Positions 62,773-64,000 of a DNA stretch of 64,000 nt are shown one piece after another; positions within the stretch are counted from its first letter, which is position 1; each line of letters opens with the position of its first letter. This DNA comes from Octopus sinensis (Eukaryota). Position numbers and translations under genes: made by a program. The DNA lies in assembly GCF_006345805.1 (NCBI RefSeq), contig NC_043021.1:3968001-4032000 (forward strand). Reading direction: 5' to 3'. Below the pieces are notes generated by a model that was not told the origin of the DNA, made no database searches, and saw nothing but the letters and a program-made list of their open reading frames with translations.

Positions 62773-63129
62773 TCCACTATATAGCTAACCGCATCGAATG
62801 GTAAGGAATAACCTGGAACTATTTAACGTAAATAATCCAAATGTGTTTCGTCCGATGGGTAAATCCTGGGTTCGCTTCGTTGGATTATAAACAAATAACT
62901 GAGTGTATATCCAAGACAATTCAATTAAATAAAGAGAATCTACACAGTTTTATTATCACAGTCCTTTATGTAGCACATCTAATTTAAAGCTCTGCCCGAC
63001 ATCTGTTTCTGGTGCATGGAGCTCTCGCAATGTAGTTTTCTTTTGCATCTTGTTTGTTCCTCTTCATCCAGATTTCATTCAGGTTAAGCACAGGTCTATG
63101 CAGCTTTATTCAAGGAGTTGCTACTATTA

Positions 63130-63340
63130 AAATTTGGAGCGAACTCAAGTATAACTGTGACAAGAACTTTGCTGTTAGTAGCTCAGTCCCTCCAAATGTT
63201 TCAGACGTCACAGGTTCACTGTCACATCCTGATACTTCAGGGCTTTGTTCTGTTCGGCAGCATTCAGGATATAGGAGGGAGCAAATGAGTCAAAGACGGT
63301 GGGGTCCCAGATGAGGCATAAGGGACGGTTAATTTGGAGT
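63130..63340 (-). mobile_element. CRE-like restriction-like-endonuclease LINE C-terminal relic
   Basis: CLIWDPTVFDSFAPSYI..AAEQNKALKYQD, then frameshifted PVTSETFGG..KFLSQL. Confidence 0.55.
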
Positions 63341-63877
63341 GCAAACAATACTATACTGTGGTATAATGCGGTATTCGGTCGGCAAATAACATTCCCGTAA
63401 AAATTTTCGAAGCTTTGGATAAGAATTTCTTAAAATTTAGTAAGTACAGTAGGATCTTCTTCAATCGGCACACGGTTAAATTTGCATTTTCCACTAGCAA
63501 AATCTTAGCCTAAATGATCACGGCGCATACGATAAGGAGGATATCTCAATTGCATAACATTAAAAACTCTAGTAAAATAGATAATAAAAACAATGATCAT
63601 AATGATAACAATGACCATAATGATAACAATAATGATATCCCCGTGATACGTTTATATTTGTATTTACTCCAAAATCTCGCGTGTTCATGATTTTATCATG
63701 TTTTCATTCAAGATGAAGACGACATCTTATTTACTTTACACATTATACTGTGGATATTTTATAATCTTTTTTTAACACCGTTTTAAACCTAACCCTTATT
63801 AGTAAGTAGGATCTTTTAGTATGTTTATGTTTCTCACATATTTTTTATAGATCCGCATAATTTGTCGTACATATATA

Positions 63878-64000
63878 CTCTTTTTACTCTTTTACTTGTT
63901 TCAGTCATTTGACTGCGGCCATGCTGGAGCACCGCCTTTTAATCGAGCAAATCGACCCCGGGACTTATTCTTTGTAAGCCCAGTACTTATTCTATCGGTC
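63878..64000 (-). mobile_element. SINE-B 3' part (cut by window edge)
   Basis: tttacttgtttcagtcatttgactgcggccatgctggagcaccgcc. Confidence 0.9.

Noticed and set aside
63054-63314. Plus-strand exon after a strong pyrimidine tract; ankyrin-like LLLKFGAN in another frame
   Set aside because: Better explained by the minus-strand CRE-like relic.

Overview
Eukaryotic, AT-rich, repeat-dominated genomic DNA. The repeat repertoire looks like an Octopus/cephalopod genome (recognition-based inference, not a database result). No complete protein-coding gene, rRNA, true tRNA or CRISPR array is supported. Most ORF-track entries are translated microsatellites. Contents: four tRNA-headed SINE groups (labelled here SINE-A to D) with swappable heads and tails; non-LTR retroelement relics of the RTE, Tx1/L1, CR1-group, R4/Dong-like, CRE-like and Penelope types; a possible Copia relic; one full-length degenerate mariner, one half copy and one mariner-derived MITE; TTAA- and hAT-type MITEs; several foldback elements; large micro/minisatellites. 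Most interesting signals: (1) SINE-A copies whose target-site duplications repeatedly start with (G)GTAT, the same motif at which SINE-A tandem arrays restart, suggesting self-targeting or a multimeric source, plus a 3' end shared with a Tx1-like LINE; (2) two decayed minimal hammerhead-ribozyme motifs in a short (TA)n-embedded repeat; (3) an apparent change in CpG retention near 45-46 kb beside a G4/CpG-rich promoter-like stretch and a candidate 60-nt exon. Coordinates of degenerate repeats are approximate.
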